Shown here piece by piece: positions 55,625 to 64,000 of a DNA stretch of 64,000 nt; position 1 is the first letter of the stretch; each line of letters starts with the position of its first letter. Source of the DNA: an uncultured Nitrososphaeria archaeon (GTDB taxonomy: Archaea; Thermoproteota; Nitrososphaeria; JACIWG01). Both the position numbers and the translations under genes were made by a program. The stretch spans positions 1,144 through 65,143 of the forward strand of contig CAYUWR010000010.1 in NCBI GenBank assembly GCA_964448685.1, read 5' to 3'. The notes under the pieces are model-generated. The model was given only the letters and a program-made list of their open reading frames with translations, was not told where the DNA came from and ran no database searches.

Positions 55625-57473
55625 ACCAAATGAGAAAGTAATCGGAATAGACCTTGGTACGACCAACTCCGCGGCAGCTGTCTACGAAGGAGGCAGAGCC
55701 ACGGTAATACCGAGCGTCGAAGGGCCATCGGTAGCAGGCAAGATGTTTCCCTCAGTTGTCGCATTCACAAAAGATGGACAACTATTAGTCGGCGAGCCAG
55801 CAAAGAGGCAGGCAACAGCCAACCCTGAAGGCACAATCTTCGAAATAAAACGTAAGATGGGGACAGACTATAAGGTGAAAATCTTCGGGAAAGAGTACAC
55901 CCCCCAGCAGATTTCAGCCTTCATATTACAGAAGATAAAGAGGGACGCTGAAACATACCTTGGCACTCCAGTGAAGAAGGCCGTCATAACTGTGCCAGCG
56001 CATTTCAACGACAACCAACGCCAAGCAACCAAAGACGCAGGCGAAATAGCTGGACTAGAAGTTCTCAGGATAATCAATGAGCCTACCGCAGCCTGCCTCG
56101 CATATGGCATCGACAAACTTGACAGAGACATGAAGATTCTTGTGTTCAGCTTCGGAGGTGGAACACATGACGTGACAGTAATGGACTTCGGCAAAGGAGT
56201 CTTCCAGGTCCTCTCAACAAGCGGCGACACCAAGACCGGGGGAGCAGACATCGACCAAGCCGTCATGGATTACGTGATCGAAGAATTCAGAAAACAGACA
56301 GGAGTCGACCTCAGAAACGACAGGATGGCCATGGCGAGACTCAAAGAGGCTGCAGAAAAAGCCAAGATAGAGCTGTCAACATTGCTGACCACAGACATCG
56401 ACCTACCATTCATATACGTCGACGCATCAGGGCCGAAGAACCTTCATTTGACACTGACAAGAGCCAAACTTGAGGAGCTGGCTGAACCAATAGTCGAAAA
56501 GACAGGGCGAACAATTACGAGGGCATTAGAAGACGCCAAACTGACACCACAGGAGATAGACAAGATCATCCTCATAGGAGGCACCACGAGAATGCCATTG
56601 GTGCAGAAGTTCGTCGAAAGAGTGATCGGGAAACCCGCGGAAAGAGGGGTTGATCCAATGGAGTGTGTGGCGGTGGGCGCAGCCATACAGGGAGCTGTCC
56701 TCTCAGGCGAAGTCAAAGACATACTCCTCTTGGACGTCACACCACTTTCTCTTGGAGTGGAGACCCTGGGAGGCATCTTCACCAAGATCATCGAGAGAAA
56801 CACAACCATACCTACGAGGAGAAGCCAGATCTTTTCAACAGCATCGGACTTCCAGACCGCAGTCACCATCCACATCCTCCAAGGAGAAAGACCGATGGCA
56901 GCCGACAACGTTTCCCTTGGCATGTTCAACCTCGAAGGAATACCTCCTGCCCCAAGAGGCGTACCCCAGATAGAGGTTACATTCGACATAGACGCAAACG
57001 GCATCTTGAATGTGACCGCAAAAGATCTTGGCACAGGAAAGGAGGCTAAGATAACGATAACCGCATCAACGAAACTGTCAAAAGAGATGAAGGAGAAGAT
57101 GGTGAAGGAGGCTGAACAGTTCGCTGAACAGGACAGGAAAAGACGTGAGGAAGCTGAACTGAGAAATGATGCAGAAGCATTGGTTTACACGTCAGAGAAG
57201 ACAAAGAAAGACTTAGGTGAGAAACTTACACAGCAACAGAAGGATCAGATAGACAAAGCCGTCGCAGCCCTCAAGGAAGCCCTAGCTGGAAAAGAGATAG
57301 ACAAGATAAAGGAGAAGATGGAGGAACTTAGGAAAGTCCTACAGGAGGTCGGCACCGTAATCTACCAGCAGGCAGCTTCAGAGTACGCCAGACAGCAGAA
57401 GGGGCAACAGCAGGGAGAAGTCAAGCCTCAAGACAAAGACAAGACAGTAGACACTGACTACACAGTAAAATAG
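55617..57473 (+). CDS. dnaK: Chaperone DnaK (Hsp70)
   Basis: ATG 55617 gives [18 protein letters not shown]...[10 protein letters not shown]...IINEPTAA...LGGGTHDV... Overlaps the grpE end by 8 nt. Confidence 0.95.
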   Translation: MSKPNEKVIGIDLGTTNSAAAVYEGGRATVIPSVEGPSVAGKMFPSVVAFTKDGQLLVGEPAKRQATANPEGTIFEIKRKMGTDYKVKIFGKEYTPQQISAFILQKIKRDAETYLGTPVKKAVITVPAHFNDNQRQATKDAGEIAGLEVLRIINEPTAACLAYGIDKLDRDMKILVFSFGGGTHDVTVMDFGKGVFQVLSTSGDTKTGGADIDQAVMDYVIEEFRKQTGVDLRNDRMAMARLKEAAEKAKIELSTLLTTDIDLPFIYVDASGPKNLHLTLTRAKLEELAEPIVEKTGRTITRALEDAKLTPQEIDKIILIGGTTRMPLVQKFVERVIGKPAERGVDPMECVAVGAAIQGAVLSGEVKDILLLDVTPLSLGVETLGGIFTKIIERNTTIPTRRSQIFSTASDFQTAVTIHILQGERPMAADNVSLGMFNLEGIPPAPRGVPQIEVTFDIDANGILNVTAKDLGTGKEAKITITASTKLSKEMKEKMVKEAEQFAEQDRKRREEAELRNDAEALVYTSEKTKKDLGEKLTQQQKDQIDKAVAALKEALAGKEIDKIKEKMEELRKVLQEVGTVIYQQAASEYARQQKGQQQGEVKPQDKDKTVDTDYTVK

Positions 57474-57510
57474 AAAGACTTACAGCCTGTCAAGTTAGAG
57501 GAATGACGGC

Positions 57511-58635
57511 ATGTCGGCCAAGAAGGATTACTATGAAGTACTTGGAGTCCCACGCGATGCCACGAAAGAACAGATCAAGGACGCGTACAGGAAGCTGGCC
57601 CTACAGTATCATCCAGACAGAAACAAGTCTCCTGATGCAGAAGAGAAGTTCAAAGAAATCTCTGAAGCCTATGCTGTGCTATCAGATGACGAGAAACGTA
57701 GACAGTACGACATGCTAGGTCATTCAGGCTTCGACCAAAGGTACACGACAGAAGACATATTCAGGGGAACAGACTTCGAGTCAATACTACGCGACTTAGG
57801 CTTTGACTTCGGCTTCGACAGCATATTTGACTTCTTCTTTGGAAGAGGCGGATTCAGGAGAGAGAGAGCAAGAGGCAGAGACCTGACCTACGAGCTTGAA
57901 ATAACATTAGAAGAAGCAGCAAGAGGAGTGCAGAAGGAGATAGAGGTGCCGAGAACAGAACGATGTGACGTCTGCAATGGGACAGGGGCAAGCCCGGGCA
58001 CAAGACCTAAGACCTGCACAAACTGCAGAGGCACAGGCCAAGTTCAGAAGGTACGCTCAAGCGGATTCGCAAGATTTGTAGAGATAACGACATGCCAAAG
58101 CTGCAGAGGTACAGGAACAATAATAGAGTCACCATGCAGAGGATGTGGAGGAACAGGGATAACGAGGAAAAGGAGAAAGATAGTCGTCAAGGTGCCAGCA
58201 GGAATAGATGAAGGATATCAGCTCAGACTAGAGGGACAGGGAGACACCCTACCAAATGGCGGCCCACCAGGAGACCTGTATGTCCAGATCGGAATCCTAC
58301 CACACCGACACTTCCAGAGGGAAGGAGACAATCTTCACTATCAGCTGACAATAAGCTTCCCTCAAGCCGCACTGGGGACAGATATAGCAATACCGACACT
58401 CGACGGAAACACAACAGTAAAGATTCCGCCTGGAACACAGCCAGGCGAAGTCATAAAGCTTTCCGGAAAGGGCATGCCAAGACTGAACAGATACGGAAGA
58501 GGAGACCTACTGGTACACGTGAGCGTGTCTGTGCCAAAGAAGCTTACACAGAGACAAAAGGAGCTTCTGCAAGAGCTTTCAAAAGACCTTGACGTGGATC
58601 ACGAGAGCAAGAAGAGTAGGTTCTTCAGATTCTAG
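57511..58635 (+). CDS. dnaJ: Co-chaperone DnaJ (type I, with zinc-finger domain)
   Basis: 374 aa. DYYEVLGV...YHPDRN J-domain, a G/F region, and four CxxCxGxG repeats. Confidence 0.95.
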   Translation: MSAKKDYYEVLGVPRDATKEQIKDAYRKLALQYHPDRNKSPDAEEKFKEISEAYAVLSDDEKRRQYDMLGHSGFDQRYTTEDIFRGTDFESILRDLGFDFGFDSIFDFFFGRGGFRRERARGRDLTYELEITLEEAARGVQKEIEVPRTERCDVCNGTGASPGTRPKTCTNCRGTGQVQKVRSSGFARFVEITTCQSCRGTGTIIESPCRGCGGTGITRKRRKIVVKVPAGIDEGYQLRLEGQGDTLPNGGPPGDLYVQIGILPHRHFQREGDNLHYQLTISFPQAALGTDIAIPTLDGNTTVKIPPGTQPGEVIKLSGKGMPRLNRYGRGDLLVHVSVSVPKKLTQRQKELLQELSKDLDVDHESKKSRFFRF

Positions 58636-58729
58636 ATTTGACCAGCAGACAACACGATCAAACTTTCTTCCAAACAAGTTATATAAGGCCTAAAAGAGGC
58701 CAAATAGAAACCAAGAGGTTGACCCAAAA

Positions 58730-59626
58730 ATGGTAAAGGTGTCCTTGGCGAAGGACAAGACAAGATATGATACCGTCAGAAAAGCTCTTGACCTGGTCAA
58801 AGAAGACATTGAGAAGGACATAAAGGACAAGAGGAGCATACTGTTCAAACCTAACCTTGTGTCACCATATCATCCGCTATCATCAACTCAAGTCGATACA
58901 GCAAAGGCGACACTCGACTTCATCACCCAGTTCACGGACAAGCCTATCACGATCGCAGAAGGCTCAGCCTACGATACCGCGACAGCATACAAGAACTACC
59001 TGTACCTAGACCTAAAGAGAGAATACAATGTCAAACTCGTCGACCTAAACAACGACGACTACGAGGAAGTCGAAGCCTTCGACAGCCGCTTCAACAGGAT
59101 ACCATTCAAGGTCGCCAAGACAGTACTTGAAAGCGACTACATAATATCATCGGCCGTCCTGAAGACCCATGATACAGTAATCGCAACAATGGCGATAAAG
59201 AATATCGTAGTCGGAAGCCTAATACATAAGAAGAGGATTCATCAAGGGTATCCAGCCACAAACCTGAACATCTACAAAATTTCAAGATATGTCTGGCCAA
59301 AACTGGCAATAATCGACGGATTCGTCGCAATGGAAGGAAGAGGCCCCGAGTCAGGGGAACCAGTCGACATGAAGATAGCGATCGCGAGCAACGACCCGCT
59401 AGCAGCCGATGTAGTCGGCGCCTACATCATGGGATTCAACCCAGAAGAGATAGGATACCTGCACTATTGTAGACGAATGAATTTAGGCGAAGGAGACCTA
59501 AACAAGATACAGGTCGTAGGAGAGGACATCGACAAAGTCAAAAGGAAGTTCAGGCCACATCCAAGCTATGAGGCCCAAAAGAGATGGATGATAGAGGAAG
59601 AACTTCTTTCCAAACTGCTCATCTAA
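58730..59626 (+). CDS. DUF362-domain protein
   Basis: 298 aa. ...ILFKPNLVS...AVLKTHDTVIATMAIKNIV...DGFVAMEGRGP...; DUF362 pattern. Confidence 0.6.
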   Translation: MVKVSLAKDKTRYDTVRKALDLVKEDIEKDIKDKRSILFKPNLVSPYHPLSSTQVDTAKATLDFITQFTDKPITIAEGSAYDTATAYKNYLYLDLKREYNVKLVDLNNDDYEEVEAFDSRFNRIPFKVAKTVLESDYIISSAVLKTHDTVIATMAIKNIVVGSLIHKKRIHQGYPATNLNIYKISRYVWPKLAIIDGFVAMEGRGPESGEPVDMKIAIASNDPLAADVVGAYIMGFNPEEIGYLHYCRRMNLGEGDLNKIQVVGEDIDKVKRKFRPHPSYEAQKRWMIEEELLSKLLI

Positions 59627-59718
59627 CGTGTAAGCCTACGAGCTTGCTTCGAATTCCCGGAGGGTAAAAGAGCAGGAAGACTTATAAGAAGAGCGTATGA
59701 GAAGCCATTGTCGGAGTT

Positions 59719-62334
59719 ATGGAGAAGACAGACCTCTATTCTGAAATAGACAGCCATCTAAGCCCACAAAAGACAGAGCGTATTGAAGACCTCCTGAGCA
59801 ACCCCATATCTGAGGTCATGGAACGATTCCACACTTCACAAGAGGGGCTGACCACAGAAGAGGCTGAAAAACGTCTACAAGTCTTCGGACCCAACGAGTT
59901 AAGGAGAAGGAAAAGACGCAGTACAGCAGAAAAGTTCCTCCTACAGCTAAAAAGCCCACTCTTGATCATACTTTTATTTGCAGGCTCAATATCAGGACTT
60001 CTCGGCGAAGCGATCAACGCAGCCATCATCTTCTCCATAGTGATGGTAAGCGTGGTACTCCTCTTCTTTCAAGAATCCAAAGCCGAAAAGGCAGCTGACA
60101 TGTTAAGAGAGAAAGTGACCACGACAACAACAGTCATAAGAGATGGAAGAAAGAAGGAGGTGAAGATTTCAGAAATAGTGCCTGGAGATATCTTATCCCT
60201 TTCTGCCGGAGACATGATTCCAGCCGATGCAAGAGTAATCAGCGCAAAAGACCTATTCGTCAACCAGTCAGCGTTAACCGGCGAGTCAGTTCCAGTGGAG
60301 AAGACAAGCACCCCATCGAAAGCCAAAAATGCTACGATAACCGAATTACACAACTGCCTTTTCCTAGGAACGTCAATAGTCAGTGGCACCACGACAGCAC
60401 TGGTACTGAGGACAGGGAGCGCCACCGAATACGGAAAGATTTCAAGAAAACTTGTTTCAAGGGAGCCTGAGACAGAGTTCGAGAAGGGGCTTAGAAGGTT
60501 CGGATACCTCATAATGGAGACCACCTTTATACTCGTAATATTCGTCTTCTTCATAAACGCGCTCTTCAAACGGGGAGTCTTAGAGTCACTCCTCTTCTCC
60601 GTGGCGCTCGCTGTCGGGCTAACACCCGAACTTCTTCCTATGATTCTGTCAGTCAACCTCTCAAAAGGAGCTATCTCGATGTCTAAGAGACATGTTATCG
60701 TTAAGCGCCTATCAGCCATACAGAACTTCGGAAGCATGGATATACTATGCACAGACAAGACTGGCACACTTACAGAAAACAAGATAACGCTCATAAAACA
60801 CATAGATGTCGAAGGGAAAGATGATGAGAAGGTACTCTTGTTCTCCTTCTTAAACAGCTCATTCCAGACCGGACTCAGAAGCCCACTCGATGAAGCCATA
60901 TTAAGATACAAGGATATAGATATCAAAAGCTATCAAAAGATAGACGAGGTTCCATTCGATTTCATAAGAAAACGTGTTTCGATAGTCACAGAACGTGAGA
61001 GAGAGCGGCTGATGATCGCCAAGGGAGCACCTGAAGAAATCCTGAAGATCTGCGCCTACTGCGAAATTGACGACAAAGTCTATGATCTGATGACAGAACT
61101 GCAGAACAAGATACATGAGAAATATGAGGAGTTGAGCAGAGAGGGGTTCAGGGTCCTAGGAGTATCATATAAGAGGGTTAGAGAGGACAAGCTCATATAC
61201 TCCATCGAAGACGAAAGCGAAATGATATTTTTGGGGTTCGTCGCCTTCATAGACCCTCCGAAGGAGACAGCTAAAGAGTCCCTGCGGTTGCTCAACAAAA
61301 CAGGTATAGAACTCAAGATCCTCACAGGAGACAACGAGCTCGTCACACAGAAGACATGCGAGCAGCTCGGATTCGAGATAAAAAAGGTCGTCTTAGGAAG
61401 CGAGGTTGCACAAATGCATGATGACGCCCTTGCAAGAGTTGTGGAAGAGGCCAATATCTTCGCGAGAGTGACACCAGCCCAAAAGGACAGAATAATACTC
61501 GCACTAAAAAACAACGGCCACGTCGTCGGCTTCCTCGGAGACGGAATCAATGATGCACCCTCGCTGAAAACATCAGATGTTGGGATATCGGTGGATAATG
61601 CAGTCGATGTAGCCAAAGAATCGGCGGACATAATACTACTGCAAAAGGATCTGACAGTGCTTGCAGATGGAGTCCTCGAAGGAAGAAAGACATTCGGTAA
61701 CACAATGAAGTATATCATGATGGGCACAAGTTCAAACTTTGGAAACATGTTCAGCGTAGCCGGAGCATCACTCTTTCTACCCTTCCTACCGATGTTACCC
61801 ACCCAGATCTTATTAAACAACCTACTCTATGACCTCTCAGAGCTTTCTATTCCAACAGATAACGTCGACCCAGAATATGTCAGAAAGCCAAAAAGGCTAG
61901 ACATCTCTTTAATAAGACTCTTCATGATCTGCCTGGGCCCAATAAGCTCCATCTTCGACTTCCTCACATTCTTCATAATGCTGCTTGTATTTCACGCAAG
62001 TGCACCACTGTTCCAAACCGCCTGGTTCCTTGAGTCATTAGCTTCACAGGCACTGGTCATATTCGTCATCCGAACAAGAAAGGTGCCGTTCTATAAGAGT
62101 AGGCCAAGCCGCCTCCTGCTGGCGAGCACCCTAGGCATCGTCGCATTTTCGATGCTAATCCCATCCACACCGATCGGAGAACTCTTCAAGTTCGAGACAC
62201 CACCCTTAAGCTTCTACATGGTCCTAGCAGGCCTGCTCATCTTATACCTTGCCTCAGTTGAAGCTGTCAAGAGATGGTTCTATAGCAGATACTCCAACGG
62301 GCTAGAGACGCAGAGACTGAGGCCAAGCCTCTAG
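59719..62334 (+). CDS. mgtA: Mg2+-importing P-type ATPase (MgtA/MgtB type)
   Basis: 871 aa. CTDKTGTLTENK, TGDN, GDGINDAPSLK. Ten TM helices with MgtA-like N- and C-termini. Confidence 0.88.
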   Translation: MEKTDLYSEIDSHLSPQKTERIEDLLSNPISEVMERFHTSQEGLTTEEAEKRLQVFGPNELRRRKRRSTAEKFLLQLKSPLLIILLFAGSISGLLGEAINAAIIFSIVMVSVVLLFFQESKAEKAADMLREKVTTTTTVIRDGRKKEVKISEIVPGDILSLSAGDMIPADARVISAKDLFVNQSALTGESVPVEKTSTPSKAKNATITELHNCLFLGTSIVSGTTTALVLRTGSATEYGKISRKLVSREPETEFEKGLRRFGYLIMETTFILVIFVFFINALFKRGVLESLLFSVALAVGLTPELLPMILSVNLSKGAISMSKRHVIVKRLSAIQNFGSMDILCTDKTGTLTENKITLIKHIDVEGKDDEKVLLFSFLNSSFQTGLRSPLDEAILRYKDIDIKSYQKIDEVPFDFIRKRVSIVTERERERLMIAKGAPEEILKICAYCEIDDKVYDLMTELQNKIHEKYEELSREGFRVLGVSYKRVREDKLIYSIEDESEMIFLGFVAFIDPPKETAKESLRLLNKTGIELKILTGDNELVTQKTCEQLGFEIKKVVLGSEVAQMHDDALARVVEEANIFARVTPAQKDRIILALKNNGHVVGFLGDGINDAPSLKTSDVGISVDNAVDVAKESADIILLQKDLTVLADGVLEGRKTFGNTMKYIMMGTSSNFGNMFSVAGASLFLPFLPMLPTQILLNNLLYDLSELSIPTDNVDPEYVRKPKRLDISLIRLFMICLGPISSIFDFLTFFIMLLVFHASAPLFQTAWFLESLASQALVIFVIRTRKVPFYKSRPSRLLLASTLGIVAFSMLIPSTPIGELFKFETPPLSFYMVLAGLLILYLASVEAVKRWFYSRYSNGLETQRLRPSL

Positions 62335-62424
62335 ACAGATATCGAAGAGACTGCACCATGAGCCCCTAATCTACGGCAGCATCTTGCTGATGGAAGACTA
62401 TATCATACATGACTTCACATACAC

Positions 62425-64000
62425 CTATCTTCCTCTACCCTCCATCATGAAGCCAGCGTATTCCCTCAGCCTTTCAGCCATCTCCTTCAGCCTTCGGTCA
62501 ACCCTGTAGTTCACAGACTCTTCTTCGAACAATCCATCAGACCCCCTTACTCCAGCCTTTACACCGGTGAGGAGTTCGATCCCCTCATCTATAGTCTTCA
62601 CAGGATACACATGAAATCTGCCGTTTCTCACAGCCTCAACCACATCCTCCTTCAGCATAAGATTCTGCACGTTACTTTCAGGGATTATAACACCCTGCTC
62701 GCCGGTCAAGCCCTTGACCTTACAGACTTCAAAGAAGCCTTCGATCTTTTCATTAACTCCTCCTATCGCTTGAACTTCACCTTTCTGGTTCACTGAGCCA
62801 GTTACAGCTATCGACTGCTTAACCGGAAGCCCTGAGAGTGCGGAGAGGATAGCGTAGAGCTCTGTGCTCGACGCACTATCACCTTCAACGCCTTCATAGC
62901 TCTGCTCGAAGACAAGACGAGCGGATAGACTAAGCGGCTTATCCTGAGCATACTTGTTAGACAGATAGCCGCTCAATATCATCACACCCTTGCTGTGGAT
63001 TGGACCACCCAAAGTCGACTCCCGCTCTATGTCGATGATGCCTTCTCTACCCAACCCTACACTGGCAGTCACCCTGGAAGGCCTACCAAATGAAAAGTCT
63101 CCTAAGCTGACGACTGATAGACCATTGACTTGCCCGATTGCATATCCCTCGGTGTCTATAAGCACCAACCCCTTCTCGATCATCTGCTGTATCTTCTCTT
63201 GAATAAGGTTTGAGCGGTAACGTTTTTCTTCAATTGCCCTCCTCACATGACTTTCACTTATGTAGGTGGACGCCTCCTGCACGGCGTAGAAGTTGGCTTC
63301 CCTAATGATGTCGGCGATGTAGGCAAAGCCGGTAGAAAGCTTATTCTGGTCTTCAGCCAACCTAGAGCCATATTCGATTATCTTGCCGATAGCCGACGAA
63401 TCGAGATGCTTCAACCCTTCCTTAATGCAGAAAGTGCATATGAAGGCCGCATACTTTCTCATGTTCTCTTCATTCCTGTCCATTGAAGTGTCGAAGTCAG
63501 CCTTAATCTTGAATAGCTCCTTAAAGTCTCTGTCCAAGACATAAAGCATCTGATAAAGCAGCGGATCACCTACGACTATGACCTTAACGTCCAAAGGTAA
63601 AGGTGAAGGCTTCAACCCTTTAGTTGTAACAAAGCCTAGACGTTCACCAGCCTCCTCAATCGTCAGCTGCTGGCTCTTGAGGGCCATCTTCAAACCTTCC
63701 CAAGAAAATGGGTTCTTAATCAGCTCTTCCATTGGAAGAACAAGGTATCCACCATTGGCCTTGTGTATAGAACCACCTCGAACCATCGTGAAATCGGTGG
63801 TCAACACACCAAATTGTGCTTCCTTCTCTATTCTCCCAAACAGATTCTGATAGGTTGGGTTAAGCTCAACGACGACAGGGGCGCCCTTCAGGCTAGAATT
63901 ATCAACTATCACATTCACCTCATACCGCTTGAAAGGAATCTGCTTCATCCATGGAAATGGCGTGGAGGGAGCGGATTCGGGTGCTGACATAAACTCGTCG
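62425..64000 (-). CDS. Lon-like ATP-dependent protease (AAA32 + Lon_C/S16 domains), 5' end outside the window
   Basis: The frame stays open to the window edge (…DEF before M at 63990). IGQVNGLSVV...GPIHSKGV...GDSASSTELYAILSALSG...TGSVNQKGEVQAIGGVNEKIEGF (Lon catalytic Ser/Lys region). Confidence 0.85.
   Translation of the reverse strand, partial: DEFMSAPESAPSTPFPWMKQIPFKRYEVNVIVDNSSLKGAPVVVELNPTYQNLFGRIEKEAQFGVLTTDFTMVRGGSIHKANGGYLVLPMEELIKNPFSWEGLKMALKSQQLTIEEAGERLGFVTTKGLKPSPLPLDVKVIVVGDPLLYQMLYVLDRDFKELFKIKADFDTSMDRNEENMRKYAAFICTFCIKEGLKHLDSSAIGKIIEYGSRLAEDQNKLSTGFAYIADIIREANFYAVQEASTYISESHVRRAIEEKRYRSNLIQEKIQQMIEKGLVLIDTEGYAIGQVNGLSVVSLGDFSFGRPSRVTASVGLGREGIIDIERESTLGGPIHSKGVMILSGYLSNKYAQDKPLSLSARLVFEQSYEGVEGDSASSTELYAILSALSGLPVKQSIAVTGSVNQKGEVQAIGGVNEKIEGFFEVCKVKGLTGEQGVIIPESNVQNLMLKEDVVEAVRNGRFHVYPVKTIDEGIELLTGVKAGVRGSDGLFEEESVNYRVDRRLKEMAERLREYAGFMMEGRGR

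Noticed and set aside
1-64000. A search by eye for CRISPR arrays, IS elements/transposases, integrases, rRNA, tRNA and C/D-box sRNAs (RUGAUGA...CUGA) in intergenic regions.
   Set aside because: None was recognised. Intergenic regions are short except those discussed. A computational scan (tRNAscan-SE, Infernal, CRISPR finders, snoscan) would be needed to exclude small RNAs.

Overview
This window is an archaeal chromosomal segment. The evidence is eukaryote-type r-proteins (eL19, eL32, eS4), Rpp29, Cbf5, RtcB, and TATA boxes about 29-30 nt upstream of start codons, which implies leaderless mRNAs.

Layout:
- 0-0.7 kb: partial TPP-dependent enzyme.
- 0.75-17.9 kb: an almost complete S10/spc-type ribosomal-protein supercluster on the minus strand (uL3-uL4-uL23-uL2-uS19 / uL22-uS3-uL29-Rpp29-uS17-uL14-uL24-eS4-uL5-uS14-uS8-uL6-eL32-eL19-uL18-uS5-uL30 / uL15-SecY-DUF106-Cmk-Cbf5). 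It is interrupted twice, by an hsp20 gene and by an opposite-strand membrane wHTH gene. No adk was seen after secY.
- 18-23.6 kb: housekeeping genes (PDCD5-like, deoC, IDH-family, APC permease, SIMPL, EamA).
- 23.6-34.8 kb: a divergent branched-chain amino-acid cluster, ilvE-leuDC-ilvD <> ilvBN-ilvC-leuA-leuB-VOC. Its control region contains an Ile/Leu/Val-rich leader ORF.
- 35-36.4 kb: rtcB, with an SD/anti-SD hairpin in its 5' UTR.
- 36.5-45.4 kb: a visibly AT-richer accessory patch. It holds an HNH nuclease, a tandem Lrp, an ABC-2 exporter, an enolase-superfamily remnant, a frameshifted DUF4143 ATPase, and an Lrp-ParB/Srx-like-cysteine synthase operon.
- 45.4-51.6 kb: QueG-like Fe-S protein, AOR with a Tat-signal ferredoxin, a PMI-like cupin, and a URO-D family protein.
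- 51.6-64 kb: M48 protease, HAD, hydroxyacid dehydrogenase, grpE-dnaK-dnaJ, DUF362, mgtA, and a partial Lon-like protease.

Reading by eye, I recognised no rRNA, tRNA, CRISPR array or transposase. All functional calls come from motif recognition in the translated ORFs; no database search was run.
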